DNA from: a virus
Taxonomy: Duplodnaviria; Caudoviricetes
IMG/VR virus record: IMGVR_UViG_3300033072_001172
Location: 32,001-96,000 of that record
Length of the DNA: 64,000 bases
Reading direction: 5' to 3' (one strand)
Below the pieces are notes generated by a model. That model did no database searches and was not told the origin of the DNA. It saw only the letters and a list, made by a program, of their open reading frames with translations. The position numbers were made by a program, and so were the translations under genes. Positions 8,401-16,347 of this stretch are shown here, piece by piece. The stretch's first letter is position 1. Every line of letters starts with the position of its first letter.

Positions 8401-10056
8401 CGTGACGGTACCTGGACGGTCGGGCACTTCCTGCTCAACGCGGAGCTTCCCGAACAGTACAAGCTGAAGAAGCCGATGGCGGTCGGAGGCAAGCAGTATA
8501 AATCGCTGATCAACAGCCTGGTGGCGTCGCACCCGGACCAGGCCGGCCGCGTCATTTCGCGCATGAAGGACCTCGGGTTCGATGCCGTGACCCGCCTGGG
8601 TTTCTCTGTGAATCTGAAAAGCCTGACTGAGAACAACGCGGAGCGCGACCGCGTCGCCAAAGAAGTCGAGCAGATCATGAAGACGGATCCCGAGGGCGCG
8701 GTGCGTCACGCCGAGAAGCGCCTGGAGGAGATCCTGGACAAGCACGTAACTGAGGAGAATCCGTTCGCGCTCATGTCGTACAAATCCGGAGCGTCGAACA
8801 AACACCGAATCAATGTCCGTCAGCTGATCCTGGCTCCGGGCGGTGTCACCGACCTGAAGGGCCGCATCGTGCCCATTCCGCTGATGCGCTCGTACGCTGA
8901 CGGTCTCACGCTGCCGCAGTATTGGGCGACCATGCCCGGCGCCCGCAAAGGCATCGCGGACCGTGCCGTGTCCACCCAGGATACCGGCGCGTTCAACAAG
9001 GAACTGGTCAACACCACAATCGGAGTGCGTGTGACCGACAAGGACTGCGGCACCAAACACGGTATTTCGCTGCCCGCCGACCACCCGGATTTGCCCGGGC
9101 GCTGGATCGCTTCGGGCGCGCATGCCGGACAGTTGATCACGTCGGATCTTGCTGTGCAGCTGCGGAAAGAAGGTAAGCCGGTCATGGTGCGGTCTCCCAT
9201 GACGTGTGCGCTCGTGGAGGGAGTGTGCCAGCACTGTGCCGGCCTCAATGAGGCGAGTCGTCCGCACCCGATCGGTTTTCACATCGGCGCCTATGCCGGA
9301 ACAACCATCACAGAACCGATCACGCAGATGGTGTTGCGCGCGTTCCACAGTCAGGGCGCGGTTGGCGCCGGCGAAGTCGGTTACAAGCGCATCCGTCAGA
9401 TTTTCACAATGCCGCAGAACATTCGCGGCAAGGCCACACTGGCCAAAGACACCGGTCAGGTGTCCGAAGTAATCACGACGGACCGCGGCGGCTGGGATGT
9501 CGTGGTCAACGGGATAAAGCACTTTGTTCCTAACGAACTTGGCCTGGCAGTTAAGGTCGGCGATCACGTCAAGCAGGGCGATCAGCTGTCCAACCACGGT
9601 GTGCTGAAGATCCAGGAGGTCGCGGAGTTGCGCGGGCATGAAGCCGCACGCGACCAGTTGATCAAGGACCTGGACTCGGAGATGAGCGCGGCCGGCCAGA
9701 ACATTCGACGTCGCATCTATGAAGTGGCCATGCGCCCGCTGATCAACCGTGTAGAAGTGCTTGACCCGGGTGACGCGGCGCGGCAAGGTGTTGTGGCCGG
9801 CGACGTGCTGAACGTAAACTACGTCAAGCAGTTGAACGAGAAACTGAAGACGCCGATCGAGTTCAAGCCCATCGTGATGTCGATCAAGGATGTTCCGTTC
9901 GTCGGGGAGGACTTCGTCGGCCCGTTGATGTACCAGCGGCTGCCGCGCACGTTGAGGGAGGCGCCGGCCGTTGGCGGAGTAACACACCTCAAGGGCGAAA
10001 AGGCTCACCCGATTGTTGAGTACGCCTGGGGTAACCTAGGCGACCAGAAGAAATGA
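2494..10056 (+). CDS. rpoBC: Single-chain fused beta-beta' DNA-directed RNA polymerase (intein-containing)
   Basis: beta motifs HTPEGPGIG, NRMLM, GYSFEDGIVIS, GDKLSSRAGSKG, KLRHQV; beta' motifs GGLFD, LLNRAPALHK, NADVDGD, bridge helix GARKGIADRAVST, trigger loop EPITQMVLRAFH; fusion junction near 5430-5445. Confidence 0.97.
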   Translation: MNYLERFQQYADNIKRHTEAIFPIESRRKRLEVSNVRIEDASAERAHNWSDFQKAKENDRSFMGRIVGDVKLLDKATGNVLEHKKGYTLNMFPHVTALGSYVVNGKDLQVVNQLRRRPGAYPVITADNNTVTKVTAAGLNHEAILDRETGQLLLKVKSSHLKLVPLLQELGVPRADLEKHLGAELVQNNQPKTGARSELLRFYQLNRRIAPPAEAAEQRDSIIKYLASKRVDPDVTQDTLGHRHDHVSPLLYLHSAKAAVDVAKGHRQPADMESLVYKSVHSIEDFVDDSLKEAYPQMKRRLAYMMDRKKDLKSFLNVNQLSRPIINKFVTSEFTRFSDQSNPMEILGTMHTVTSMGEGGIQSEHAITDALRNVHNSHFGFLDPVHTPEGPGIGVIGHLAMGVRKVGNKLVREVFDTHENKLVTASPVEIARGGIAFADQYKKNRAGKMEPIAAKITAITPDGKIDQVHHSKIRYVLPNATDAFSLITNAIPFLHANSANRMLMADRHMEQSVPLTEREAPLVQAELHGTGYDQLMGTIAGKAADGPGRVKSVRDDHLQVVYDKDPKTVHKIFYSDAYPLNAGTVLKMTPAVKQGQRLKKGMTLLDTNFTKDGALALGRPLVTALMPWRGYSFEDGIVISEAAAHKLASEHLTEHKAEKEPGVHVGFDKLYAAYPAEREKSTTHRMPKVGDVVKPGQLLIPVLREVGINPDTDYAKVHKALRQPYMNASVYWDGGTDGVVKKVIQNAGVVKVYVESKEPLVVGDKLSSRAGSKGIVTHIIPMDQMPRTKDGQPIDVLFNPYGVPGRVNPTFLFENAASKIARKTGKPYLFPAFDTTNSVAERLQKDLKQHGLSDTETVVDPTHNEEHKNVMVGENYWLKLRHQVKKKWAARSHEGPYTVDERPVRGGHESAQGIGPLDLYALLSNGYTNFLHDVSGIKSTKNTDYWAAFQLGVPTPPPKRPFILDKFETYLQGAGINVQRQGDTLKASPFTDKDIKQRSNGAITAPQVFRVGKSGLLPERGGLFDPETTGGHGGTHWNHIELAERVLNPLYEQPVKAITGMAMKDLEAILEGRKLVDNRTGGEAIAHILGKIDVKQELKDTSAALKDAPASKRDGMLRKLRYLAALDKLGMSPVEAYTNKTIPVIPAKYRPVYDLPDGSLNVSDVNHGYREVLMINRELEKLKQQGVSHEHLAGLREGLYKAYSGLVGLTEPVTRSGHFKGFISQIAGNQNKHGLYQAKVVMRRQDLSGRSAIINGPHLGMDEVGIPERMARDLYKPYLVRSLVNLAGLKPADARKEVETGSARVNSLLDSEMKQRPVLLNRAPALHKFSEVALIPHRVPGDAIHLNPLVFGGLNADVDGDACFNYTFLAVPPYLTKHESLAEWVLHHQVEGPMAARIRESVAYLDKNDTLVVCDLEDFPRSEIVGRKDHRTFFSVPPGIRAIAIDEKTGTMVAAPVQYWSRHENIQVEIVTLTSGKQIISDDDERAVYGVDSSSLQWCRRRPTEAKNQLVPVLSNLPVDRSVVMAVNWRDQTEGRKLDLSTKLELTSKAGYFVGAHIGDGWATSSRPNGTPNQVHLASIYPEVTEAWVAAAATLFVDGERPHMHSVDVYGGKLGSNPDGATTRHTISHTGLASKMRVLVGHGAANKHLPPFFFRAPDEFLLGMLAGLWDTDGTAYWSNSKKKPQFAFTYQSNSLRLVREIKIVMLLLGVETHIVATKTPKGEPTWVLQTSLPSLHKAGLDLPLKHQAKLRAFREFMDGPAPATKNSYSQKRLVPLPQALSEELAKFFSNGSRGQKMASEYVVLRRDGKRGHMTKETARKVIEVVGDRCNHPLYPRWRELVEAEHYHFEAVTKVEVTDIPETGYDLTVPGHETFLSLDGVVLSNTVGVHIPHSELAREELLKNLPSRNIMSPKSGDVQHSVGKEATLGLYMMTTPHRNQETVSVKSPGEAVEKYQQKKIQLNTPLHVAGRDGTWTVGHFLLNAELPEQYKLKKPMAVGGKQYKSLINSLVASHPDQAGRVISRMKDLGFDAVTRLGFSVNLKSLTENNAERDRVAKEVEQIMKTDPEGAVRHAEKRLEEILDKHVTEENPFALMSYKSGASNKHRINVRQLILAPGGVTDLKGRIVPIPLMRSYADGLTLPQYWATMPGARKGIADRAVSTQDTGAFNKELVNTTIGVRVTDKDCGTKHGISLPADHPDLPGRWIASGAHAGQLITSDLAVQLRKEGKPVMVRSPMTCALVEGVCQHCAGLNEASRPHPIGFHIGAYAGTTITEPITQMVLRAFHSQGAVGAGEVGYKRIRQIFTMPQNIRGKATLAKDTGQVSEVITTDRGGWDVVVNGIKHFVPNELGLAVKVGDHVKQGDQLSNHGVLKIQEVAELRGHEAARDQLIKDLDSEMSAAGQNIRRRIYEVAMRPLINRVEVLDPGDAARQGVVAGDVLNVNYVKQLNEKLKTPIEFKPIVMSIKDVPFVGEDFVGPLMYQRLPRTLREAPAVGGVTHLKGEKAHPIVEYAWGNLGDQKK
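6577..8145 (+). mobile_element. Intein with LAGLIDADG homing endonuclease inside the RNAP active-site loop
   Basis: Removing 6577-8145 restores NADVDGD-TVGVHIP (cf. NADFDGD-QMAVHVP); ends GYDLTVPGHETF..VVLSN/T; LAGLIDADG-like helices FVGAHIGDG and LAGLWDTDG; first residue is Ala (6577) or Cys (6580). Confidence 0.93.
6616..6675 (+). promoter_or_regulatory. Possible sigma70-like promoter, RBS and in-frame ATG inside the RNAP intein
   Basis: TTGACT (6616)-N16-CAGAAT (6638), GGAAGG (6663), in-frame ATG (6673), in a locally AT-richer patch. Confidence 0.3.
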
Positions 10057-11189
10057 AAGACACCGTAAACAAGAACGTTTCCCGCGCCGACGGACACTTC
10101 GTCGGCTTCGTTCTTGCGTACGATGTTGACCGGCAAACGTATCGTGTACGCCTCACCGACAGCAATCGGCAACCTGTTCAGTGTCCGGCGCTGGACACCG
10201 GTGCCGACAGTCCGTACGCCGTCGGTGACCGTGTCGCTGTGCATCACTACCATGACTACGGTTTTGTGGTGGTTGGGCGCCTGCCCGTGCCGCTGTCTCA
10301 GCTGCCGTTAACACCACAAGAACCGAACGACACCACGCCCGTCTCCATAAAATCAGGTGATGCCCTGTCCTACCGGGACGTCCTGGACAAGGAAGCCTCC
10401 CTGTACGCCGAGGCCGGCGACATGTCTGTGCGGCGCGGGGCGTCCAGATTCTTCCTCAGCAAGACTGGTGCTCTGCTGATGCAGGTCGCGGTGACGTGCT
10501 CACGTTACATGTCCAAAACGCTGTCGACGATCAAGGACATCTGCTACACCTACATCTTGTCGCAACCTGGTGTCACCGCGGTCAGCCGTGTGGATATGGA
10601 CCAGACAAGCCCCTCCGTGGGGCAGCCCCAGATGTCGCTGGAAGTCGTGCCGAAGGATACCGCCAACACGATTACTGGACGTCTTGGCGGCGGTGTGCTT
10701 GACAGCGGCGACGACGGGCTATCATTGGCGATGGGCCAGCTGGTCAAGCTGATGCTCAAGTTGACTAAGGCAAACCCGCTGCTTGAGTACACGCACGGCG
10801 ATGGGCGAACCAAGGTGCAAATTGATCTTCAGCAGTTCTTGCTGCAGTTCGGCCAGGCCCAGTTCGTGTGGAATGCCACCGGGCTGACCATCACCCAGGG
10901 AGCATCCCGCCTGGCGCTTACTGCCGCCGACATCCTTGAGATTGTGTCTTCAGGCCTTACCATTTTGCTGAGTGGTAATGTGGACGTGCAGGCCGCGGGG
11001 TTGAATGTGAACGCGCCAGCGGTGTTCGTGACCCCTGTGAAGATTCAGGGATTTGACGCGTTGACCGTATACAACACGTTGAACTCACTGATTCTGGCTT
11101 TCAACGCCCACATCCATCAGGTGGGTCCGATCCCGTCAAGTCCGCCGGCTGGCGCCGGTGCTGTGCTGCCGGTGATACCGACCCCGTAA
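10053..11189 (+). CDS. Baseplate central spike (gpV/gp5-like)
   Basis: N-terminal OB-fold-like segment (YRVRL..VGDRVAV..VVVGRL), beta-strand repeats, C-terminal FNAHIH (HxH) apex motif followed by SSPP. Confidence 0.7.
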   Translation: MKDTVNKNVSRADGHFVGFVLAYDVDRQTYRVRLTDSNRQPVQCPALDTGADSPYAVGDRVAVHHYHDYGFVVVGRLPVPLSQLPLTPQEPNDTTPVSIKSGDALSYRDVLDKEASLYAEAGDMSVRRGASRFFLSKTGALLMQVAVTCSRYMSKTLSTIKDICYTYILSQPGVTAVSRVDMDQTSPSVGQPQMSLEVVPKDTANTITGRLGGGVLDSGDDGLSLAMGQLVKLMLKLTKANPLLEYTHGDGRTKVQIDLQQFLLQFGQAQFVWNATGLTITQGASRLALTAADILEIVSSGLTILLSGNVDVQAAGLNVNAPAVFVTPVKIQGFDALTVYNTLNSLILAFNAHIHQVGPIPSSPPAGAGAVLPVIPTP

Positions 11190-11202
11190 CGAGGATTGAC
11201 CC

Positions 11203-13290
11203 ATGGCGTCATCGACGTTCTACGCGAAACGGCCCGCCCCCCAAACGTACACCACGAAGGTGGCCGACGTGCGCCTGCCGTACGATGGCACGAAATGGCA
11301 GGAGGAGATCATCGGTGCGCTGCACGAACAGCACCCGTACCTGCCGAACACACAACTGCAGCTGTCGATGAACGTTCGCAACGTCAAGCAGGGCTACGCG
11401 ATCGGCAACCTCAACGTGTCCGACCGGGTTCGGATTCCGGTGATTATCGATCAGTTCCTGCTGAAGCCGTTCGACATGTTTCTCAAGGACGGCCAGTTGC
11501 ATCCGCTGAACAAGAGCACGCTTCTGGCCGCGTTGGAGGCTCGCAATTTCGGGACGGCAACACCCCCTGGTCAAGGTGAGTCGTCGGACGTGTTTCTCAC
11601 GAACTCTCGCCCGCCGTATGACGGCAAGTACACGTTCGCTTCTGCCCAGGACAAACATGCTTTTTTGGGCATGTTCAACAAGCGGAAAGACCAGGCGGGA
11701 GCGGGCGGCCGCGACCCTTTCCATGTTGATATCAAACAGCTCGCCGCCACAGACCACGGCATGGACGACCGGCTTGTCCAGAAGTTGCTCAGTTCACCTG
11801 GTGGGCGTATTTACTTGCAGATGATGCTGAGCGGTCAGGTTTCGCCGCCAAAGAAAGAGAAGGCGCACGGCAAGCTGGGAGCCTGGACCGAAGGCAAGCC
11901 GGAAGAAGTTGAGAAGGCGCTGACGAACGTGTTCGGCGCTGACGGTGCCGAATACTACATGGCGGGCGACCCCGCGGTGAAGGAAGTACTGGAGAACGCC
12001 AGAAAGGGTGACTTCTCCAAGATGAAGCACCACGGCTCCGTGCGCAAAATGCTTGAAACCAACGCGCAGCGCAAGATCGCCATGGTCAAGCAGTCTGCTG
12101 TGCATTTGCCGGATCAGCCGACTGACGAGCTGGTTGCCGGCACCGTCAAGGTCGCCAACGCGGGCGGCGCGCTGGTCGGTGGTCTGTTGTTCGACCGTGT
12201 GTACGACCTGGCGTTCGGTACGCGCAACGACGCCCTGTTCTTTGTCGAACCGGACGTTGGCTTCGACAACAACCGCGTGTTCTACGGGCAACAGTCAATC
12301 AAACAGGCGGAGCTCAAGGAGTTCAGGAAGAACTTCCAGAACATCGAACCGAACGTCGGGGACACCGGTGTCTGGTTCTGGTTCGAGGGGGACAAGCTGG
12401 CCTGTACCTCGGTGGCGCGAATCGTCGACCGCCAGCAGCACAGCCAGACCTATTTCGTGCGTGGCGGTGGCTCCGTCAAGCTGAGCCACTCAGTGGTCAC
12501 CAAAAACGACCTGGTGGCCGCCGGCGCCCCGGAAGGCGACACGCTGGTGGTGCCTGGCACCGCTCTCTGGTTGCCGGTCCCCCAGAAGCGTGCCATGTAC
12601 GGGCGCCCGGCCACGAATTTCACCCGGGATTACCTGCTGGTGCAGGAGGCACACGGCAATGTCAAAGTGTCCGTGTACCAGAACAACATGCGGCATGTCA
12701 TGCACGACGCCATGCTGCCCTCGCAGGCCGAAAAGTGGCTCCACAACTATTACGAGCCGGAGTCAGTTCAGACGATCATGACGGCCGCGCGCAACAACGG
12801 CACCGTCAAGATCGCGGCGCACCCCGGCATGTTCGTCACGGAGACCAAGACGGCCACGATCGACCTGGACACGATGCTGACTCGCATCCGTGAACAGGCC
12901 AAAGTCGCCGCGGACGCCTTGTTCGTGGTGAAGGACGCTGACTTCGGTCCTCTGACCAACTACGACACGACGGCGCTCGGCAAGGTGGACCCGATGGCGG
13001 CAGCGATCGTCAAAGCCGCGACCGACATCGAAGACGACGAGCGCGCCCGCAGTGTTGACAACGTGCTGGGCTTGAACATCATCAACGACCAGAACATCCA
13101 GAGATTCCTTGACGGCATCGACGGCCTGGACCGGTGCAAACAGTTCTGCATGAAATTGTTGCTGGCGGCGCGACTTGGTCTTAACATCGACGCGAACGCG
13201 GCACGCACGGCTGCCTTCGCCCTGGAGTCGATCATTCAGGATCTGGAGCAGCTGCGGCACGCAACCATGTCGGCCTCTGACGGTGAGTAG
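11203..13290 (+). CDS. Hypothetical virion/head protein (695 aa), K-x-A rich
   Basis: GAGGA RBS; coding-like codon bias; KIA, KVA, KQA, KTA, KAA motifs. Confidence 0.75.
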   Translation: MASSTFYAKRPAPQTYTTKVADVRLPYDGTKWQEEIIGALHEQHPYLPNTQLQLSMNVRNVKQGYAIGNLNVSDRVRIPVIIDQFLLKPFDMFLKDGQLHPLNKSTLLAALEARNFGTATPPGQGESSDVFLTNSRPPYDGKYTFASAQDKHAFLGMFNKRKDQAGAGGRDPFHVDIKQLAATDHGMDDRLVQKLLSSPGGRIYLQMMLSGQVSPPKKEKAHGKLGAWTEGKPEEVEKALTNVFGADGAEYYMAGDPAVKEVLENARKGDFSKMKHHGSVRKMLETNAQRKIAMVKQSAVHLPDQPTDELVAGTVKVANAGGALVGGLLFDRVYDLAFGTRNDALFFVEPDVGFDNNRVFYGQQSIKQAELKEFRKNFQNIEPNVGDTGVWFWFEGDKLACTSVARIVDRQQHSQTYFVRGGGSVKLSHSVVTKNDLVAAGAPEGDTLVVPGTALWLPVPQKRAMYGRPATNFTRDYLLVQEAHGNVKVSVYQNNMRHVMHDAMLPSQAEKWLHNYYEPESVQTIMTAARNNGTVKIAAHPGMFVTETKTATIDLDTMLTRIREQAKVAADALFVVKDADFGPLTNYDTTALGKVDPMAAAIVKAATDIEDDERARSVDNVLGLNIINDQNIQRFLDGIDGLDRCKQFCMKLLLAARLGLNIDANAARTAAFALESIIQDLEQLRHATMSASDGE

Positions 13291-13292
13291 CC

Positions 13293-13649
13293 ATGTCGAA
13301 CGCCATTGCCAAAGTAAAACGTGTGTCAGTACGGCGACGGCTTGAAAACGTCAGACGTGATCCGAACAGCACGTTCTTCGGTAAGAACGTAAAGGTCGCC
13401 AACGTTCTCAGGTTGAGGGAAGCATTGTCCTCGGAGAACCTTCGCGAGATCGTTGCTCATCTTCTTAATGTCCGTCCGGCGAACGTATCGAGTGCTGTCG
13501 CCCAGCTGACACTTGACCAGTTGTCGAAGTTGCGGGAACTGGTCCAGAAGGTCAGCCGGCAACTGCATCGGGAAGTTGCTCGCCAACGGTGGGAAGCGAC
13601 AATGTCTCCGCCGAAGAAGGCACCGTCCAATGCCGCTCAGTCGGTCTGA
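13293..13649 (+). CDS. Small basic hypothetical protein
   Basis: 118-aa ORF filling the operon gap. Confidence 0.6.
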   Translation: MSNAIAKVKRVSVRRRLENVRRDPNSTFFGKNVKVANVLRLREALSSENLREIVAHLLNVRPANVSSAVAQLTLDQLSKLRELVQKVSRQLHREVARQRWEATMSPPKKAPSNAAQSV

Positions 13650-14712
13650 ACTGGCCGCTAAGTACGCGCTATCCGAGCAAACGCTCGTTCAGCTTGAGGA
13701 GCTGGACGACAGCCCGTTGATTGACGGTTCCAATCAGAAAACAGTCCGTGGACGCATCGTCTACGAAGTAACACCGGAACTTGATCGCTGGCTGCGGGTT
13801 GGCCGCACGCAGTTCACCCAGTTCCGTGGCCGGCTGATGCCGTGTCAGCGCGCCATTTTCAGCGCACTGATCGCAGAGGCCGACGTAACACGGGCCTACT
13901 CGTCCTTGCGTGAGCGCGGGGTCATTCCGCCGTTCATGAACGCGAACTTGATCGGCGTGTACTGGCAGGAACTTTTGCGCCTGGCGCCACCGGAATGCTT
14001 GCCCTTTCTTACCGGCCAGCAGCAGGAGCCTGATGACCTCAGCAGGTTGATGATGCAGCAGCTGGGCATTCTGGATGCGTTCGAGGATCCGGAGCGTCTG
14101 GCGGAGAAGTTTTACTGGCTGAACACACCTGATCTTCGCGTGCTCACAGACGCGTTTCTGGCCGTGCAGTCGGACACCCAAACCTTGAAGAAGTACCTGT
14201 CGGATGCGCATCGTTTCGATGTGACGGATGCGAGTATCCGCGAGTATCGCCGGTACTTTTTCGACATCGCCGTTTGCGGCATGGAGGGCGCCGCGGCCTT
14301 TGCCGACCTGGCAGCGTCACCACAATACCGGAGCGTGGTCGGTAACGCTTTGCGCGATGGCACCCTGGGCTCCGTGGTGTCCGAGCTGAAACTGAGCTCG
14401 TTGATCGACCATCGAATTTCGTTGGAGGCCGCCCTCACACGCAGCCGCGCGTTTGTGGCGACCAACCCGAGCAAAAGCGCCGGAGTACAGGCGCAGGTCG
14501 GCGCGTTCAAGGCCATGCAGGACCTGTACTACACCGTACACACGCTTGAGCACGCCAAGGACAAGGATGAGGGGACAAGCGACGCCGCGATGATGGAAAT
14601 CCTGAAGCTGAAGCACAACCAGACCGTCAACGAGAATCAGCTGTCGATTAACGACATTCCAAAAGAGGCACGCGATGCCATTGTCACTGGTCCGGTCAAA
14701 GCCAGATCATAA
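13630..14712 (+). CDS. Hypothetical protein, candidate terminase small subunit
   Basis: ATG 13630 (MPLSRS) follows GAAGG; helical; directly upstream of and overlapping TerL; function inferred from position only. Confidence 0.5.
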   Translation: MPLSRSELAAKYALSEQTLVQLEELDDSPLIDGSNQKTVRGRIVYEVTPELDRWLRVGRTQFTQFRGRLMPCQRAIFSALIAEADVTRAYSSLRERGVIPPFMNANLIGVYWQELLRLAPPECLPFLTGQQQEPDDLSRLMMQQLGILDAFEDPERLAEKFYWLNTPDLRVLTDAFLAVQSDTQTLKKYLSDAHRFDVTDASIREYRRYFFDIAVCGMEGAAAFADLAASPQYRSVVGNALRDGTLGSVVSELKLSSLIDHRISLEAALTRSRAFVATNPSKSAGVQAQVGAFKAMQDLYYTVHTLEHAKDKDEGTSDAAMMEILKLKHNQTVNENQLSINDIPKEARDAIVTGPVKARS

Positions 14713-16309
14713 TGACGAAGCCGCCGTCATTGCCAGCTATACCGACGCGTTTCGGAATCTGATTTACGTTCAACGCGATAAACGCTTCGACGTCGACAGC
14801 CGTCAGTATCTCCCGGTACTGCTTGAGTCGTCGGCACCTGAGTTCACGCTCAAGTGTGGACGCCAGGTAGGCAAGACACAAACCATCTGCGGAATTTTAG
14901 GCCTGCACGGCGCCACGACGCCAGGCTACGCCCACATGTACATCACGCCGCGAGGCGATCAGGCCAAGGACGTGTCACGTAATAAGTTTTCGACGATGAT
15001 GCGCGACTCACCCTTTCTGCACAAGTTCGTGCCCGGTCAGCGTTCACGTGATGAGTCGTGGCAGCTGGGCATGAAGATGCTGAAGAACGGCGCTCATTTC
15101 TATTTCATGTCCGCGTACCACACAGCGGACGCCATCCGCGGGCGTTCGGCCGGCTACCTGGTAAAGGACGAAATCCAGGACTTGATCGCCGACCACATGG
15201 CGCCGATTGACGAGTGCGCAGCCAACTTTCCTGACGCCAGGTTCTTTAACTGCGGTACCCCCAAGACATTTCAGAATCTTCTGGAACAAAAATGGCAGCG
15301 CTCCACCCAGGCGGAATGGCTGGTCAAGTGCGCCGCGTGCGGTCATTGGAACTTCCAGGATCACAAGATCCTCGGCAAGAAGCACTACGTGTGCGTGAAA
15401 TGTGGCGGGCAGATCCGCATCGAGAACGGTCAGTGGGTCATGGGCAACCCGGATCGTTTTTCGGTTCATCAGGGTTTTCGGATCTCCCAGTTCATGAACC
15501 CGAACACACGCTACTGGCGTCTGATTGAGAAGCTGGAGACATACCCGTTTGCCCAGTTCTGTAACGAAGTTCTCGGGATCAGCTATGCGGAAGGCGATGT
15601 CGTTCTCACCAGGGACGACATTCTGAACGCGTGCGATGACAATACGCCGATGTTGCGTCGGGTCCCGACAAGATTCGGCATCGTTGTGCATGGCGGGGTT
15701 GACCACGGTACCGGTAACATGGCGGCCAAACGGGCCCGCGGTCTCACACAGGCCTCGTTCACTGTGGTTGCTACCGGCGGGTTTGACAGTGAAGGACGTT
15801 TTCGCGTGTTGTCGTTGCAACGACTGACCGGATCGGATTCTGATCTGTCGGCCCAGCCGGCTGTCATCAATAACATCCTGCGCAAGATGAACTGTCGCTT
15901 CGTGATCTCTGACTGGGGGTTTGGTGCGCCAAATAACCGCCGGCTCATCAACGAATTCGCCTGGGACCCGTCGCGGTTTTTTGAGATCCAGGAGTCGGAC
16001 TCATTGGGCAAGTTTGTGGCGTGGAACGACGCCGCCGGACGGTACATCGTCAATCGCAGCGAGATGTTCATGAAGGTCATTGACGACATCAAAAATCGGC
16101 GCATCGTGTTTCCGCGGCGCCAGGACATGGAGCCGTTCATTCAGGACTTCACGTCGATTTACGTCGAGCTCGACGCCGACCACAACAAACGCCGGTACGA
16201 TCACACCAACCCGGATGACGCCTTCCACGCGGTGGCCTTTGCGTATCTGGCCGCGTTAATGGACGCCGGGCTGCTGAGCAGATTCAATCTGGTACCGGAT
16301 GTGACTTGA
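14675..16309 (+). CDS. terL: Terminase large subunit
   Basis: Walker A KCGRQVGKT, IRGRS, Walker B LVKDEIQD, GTPK coupling motif, CAAC..CVKC zinc finger, nuclease GGVDHG and DDAFHA. Confidence 0.93.
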   Translation: MPLSLVRSKPDHNDEAAVIASYTDAFRNLIYVQRDKRFDVDSRQYLPVLLESSAPEFTLKCGRQVGKTQTICGILGLHGATTPGYAHMYITPRGDQAKDVSRNKFSTMMRDSPFLHKFVPGQRSRDESWQLGMKMLKNGAHFYFMSAYHTADAIRGRSAGYLVKDEIQDLIADHMAPIDECAANFPDARFFNCGTPKTFQNLLEQKWQRSTQAEWLVKCAACGHWNFQDHKILGKKHYVCVKCGGQIRIENGQWVMGNPDRFSVHQGFRISQFMNPNTRYWRLIEKLETYPFAQFCNEVLGISYAEGDVVLTRDDILNACDDNTPMLRRVPTRFGIVVHGGVDHGTGNMAAKRARGLTQASFTVVATGGFDSEGRFRVLSLQRLTGSDSDLSAQPAVINNILRKMNCRFVISDWGFGAPNNRRLINEFAWDPSRFFEIQESDSLGKFVAWNDAAGRYIVNRSEMFMKVIDDIKNRRIVFPRRQDMEPFIQDFTSIYVELDADHNKRRYDHTNPDDAFHAVAFAYLAALMDAGLLSRFNLVPDVT

Positions 16310-16347
16310 AAGTAAGGGCCCGGTGTAGATTATTTAGGCTGACGACC

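Noticed and set aside
2494-10056. Host rpoBC operon or a bacterial chromosome
   Set aside because: No ribosomal protein neighbours; highly divergent and reduced; flanked by portal and spike genes
13513-13629. N-terminal extensions in the ORF track (also 30779, 41391, 43751, 57684, 58216, 62520, 63446)
   Set aside because: They overlap upstream genes; downstream starts with an RBS or stop-start coupling fit better
1-16340. Shared late-promoter motif (GGTGTAG and GAAAGTA at 2-18 and 16308-16328)
   Set aside because: Only two instances, in different order; other GTAG hits are TAG stop codons
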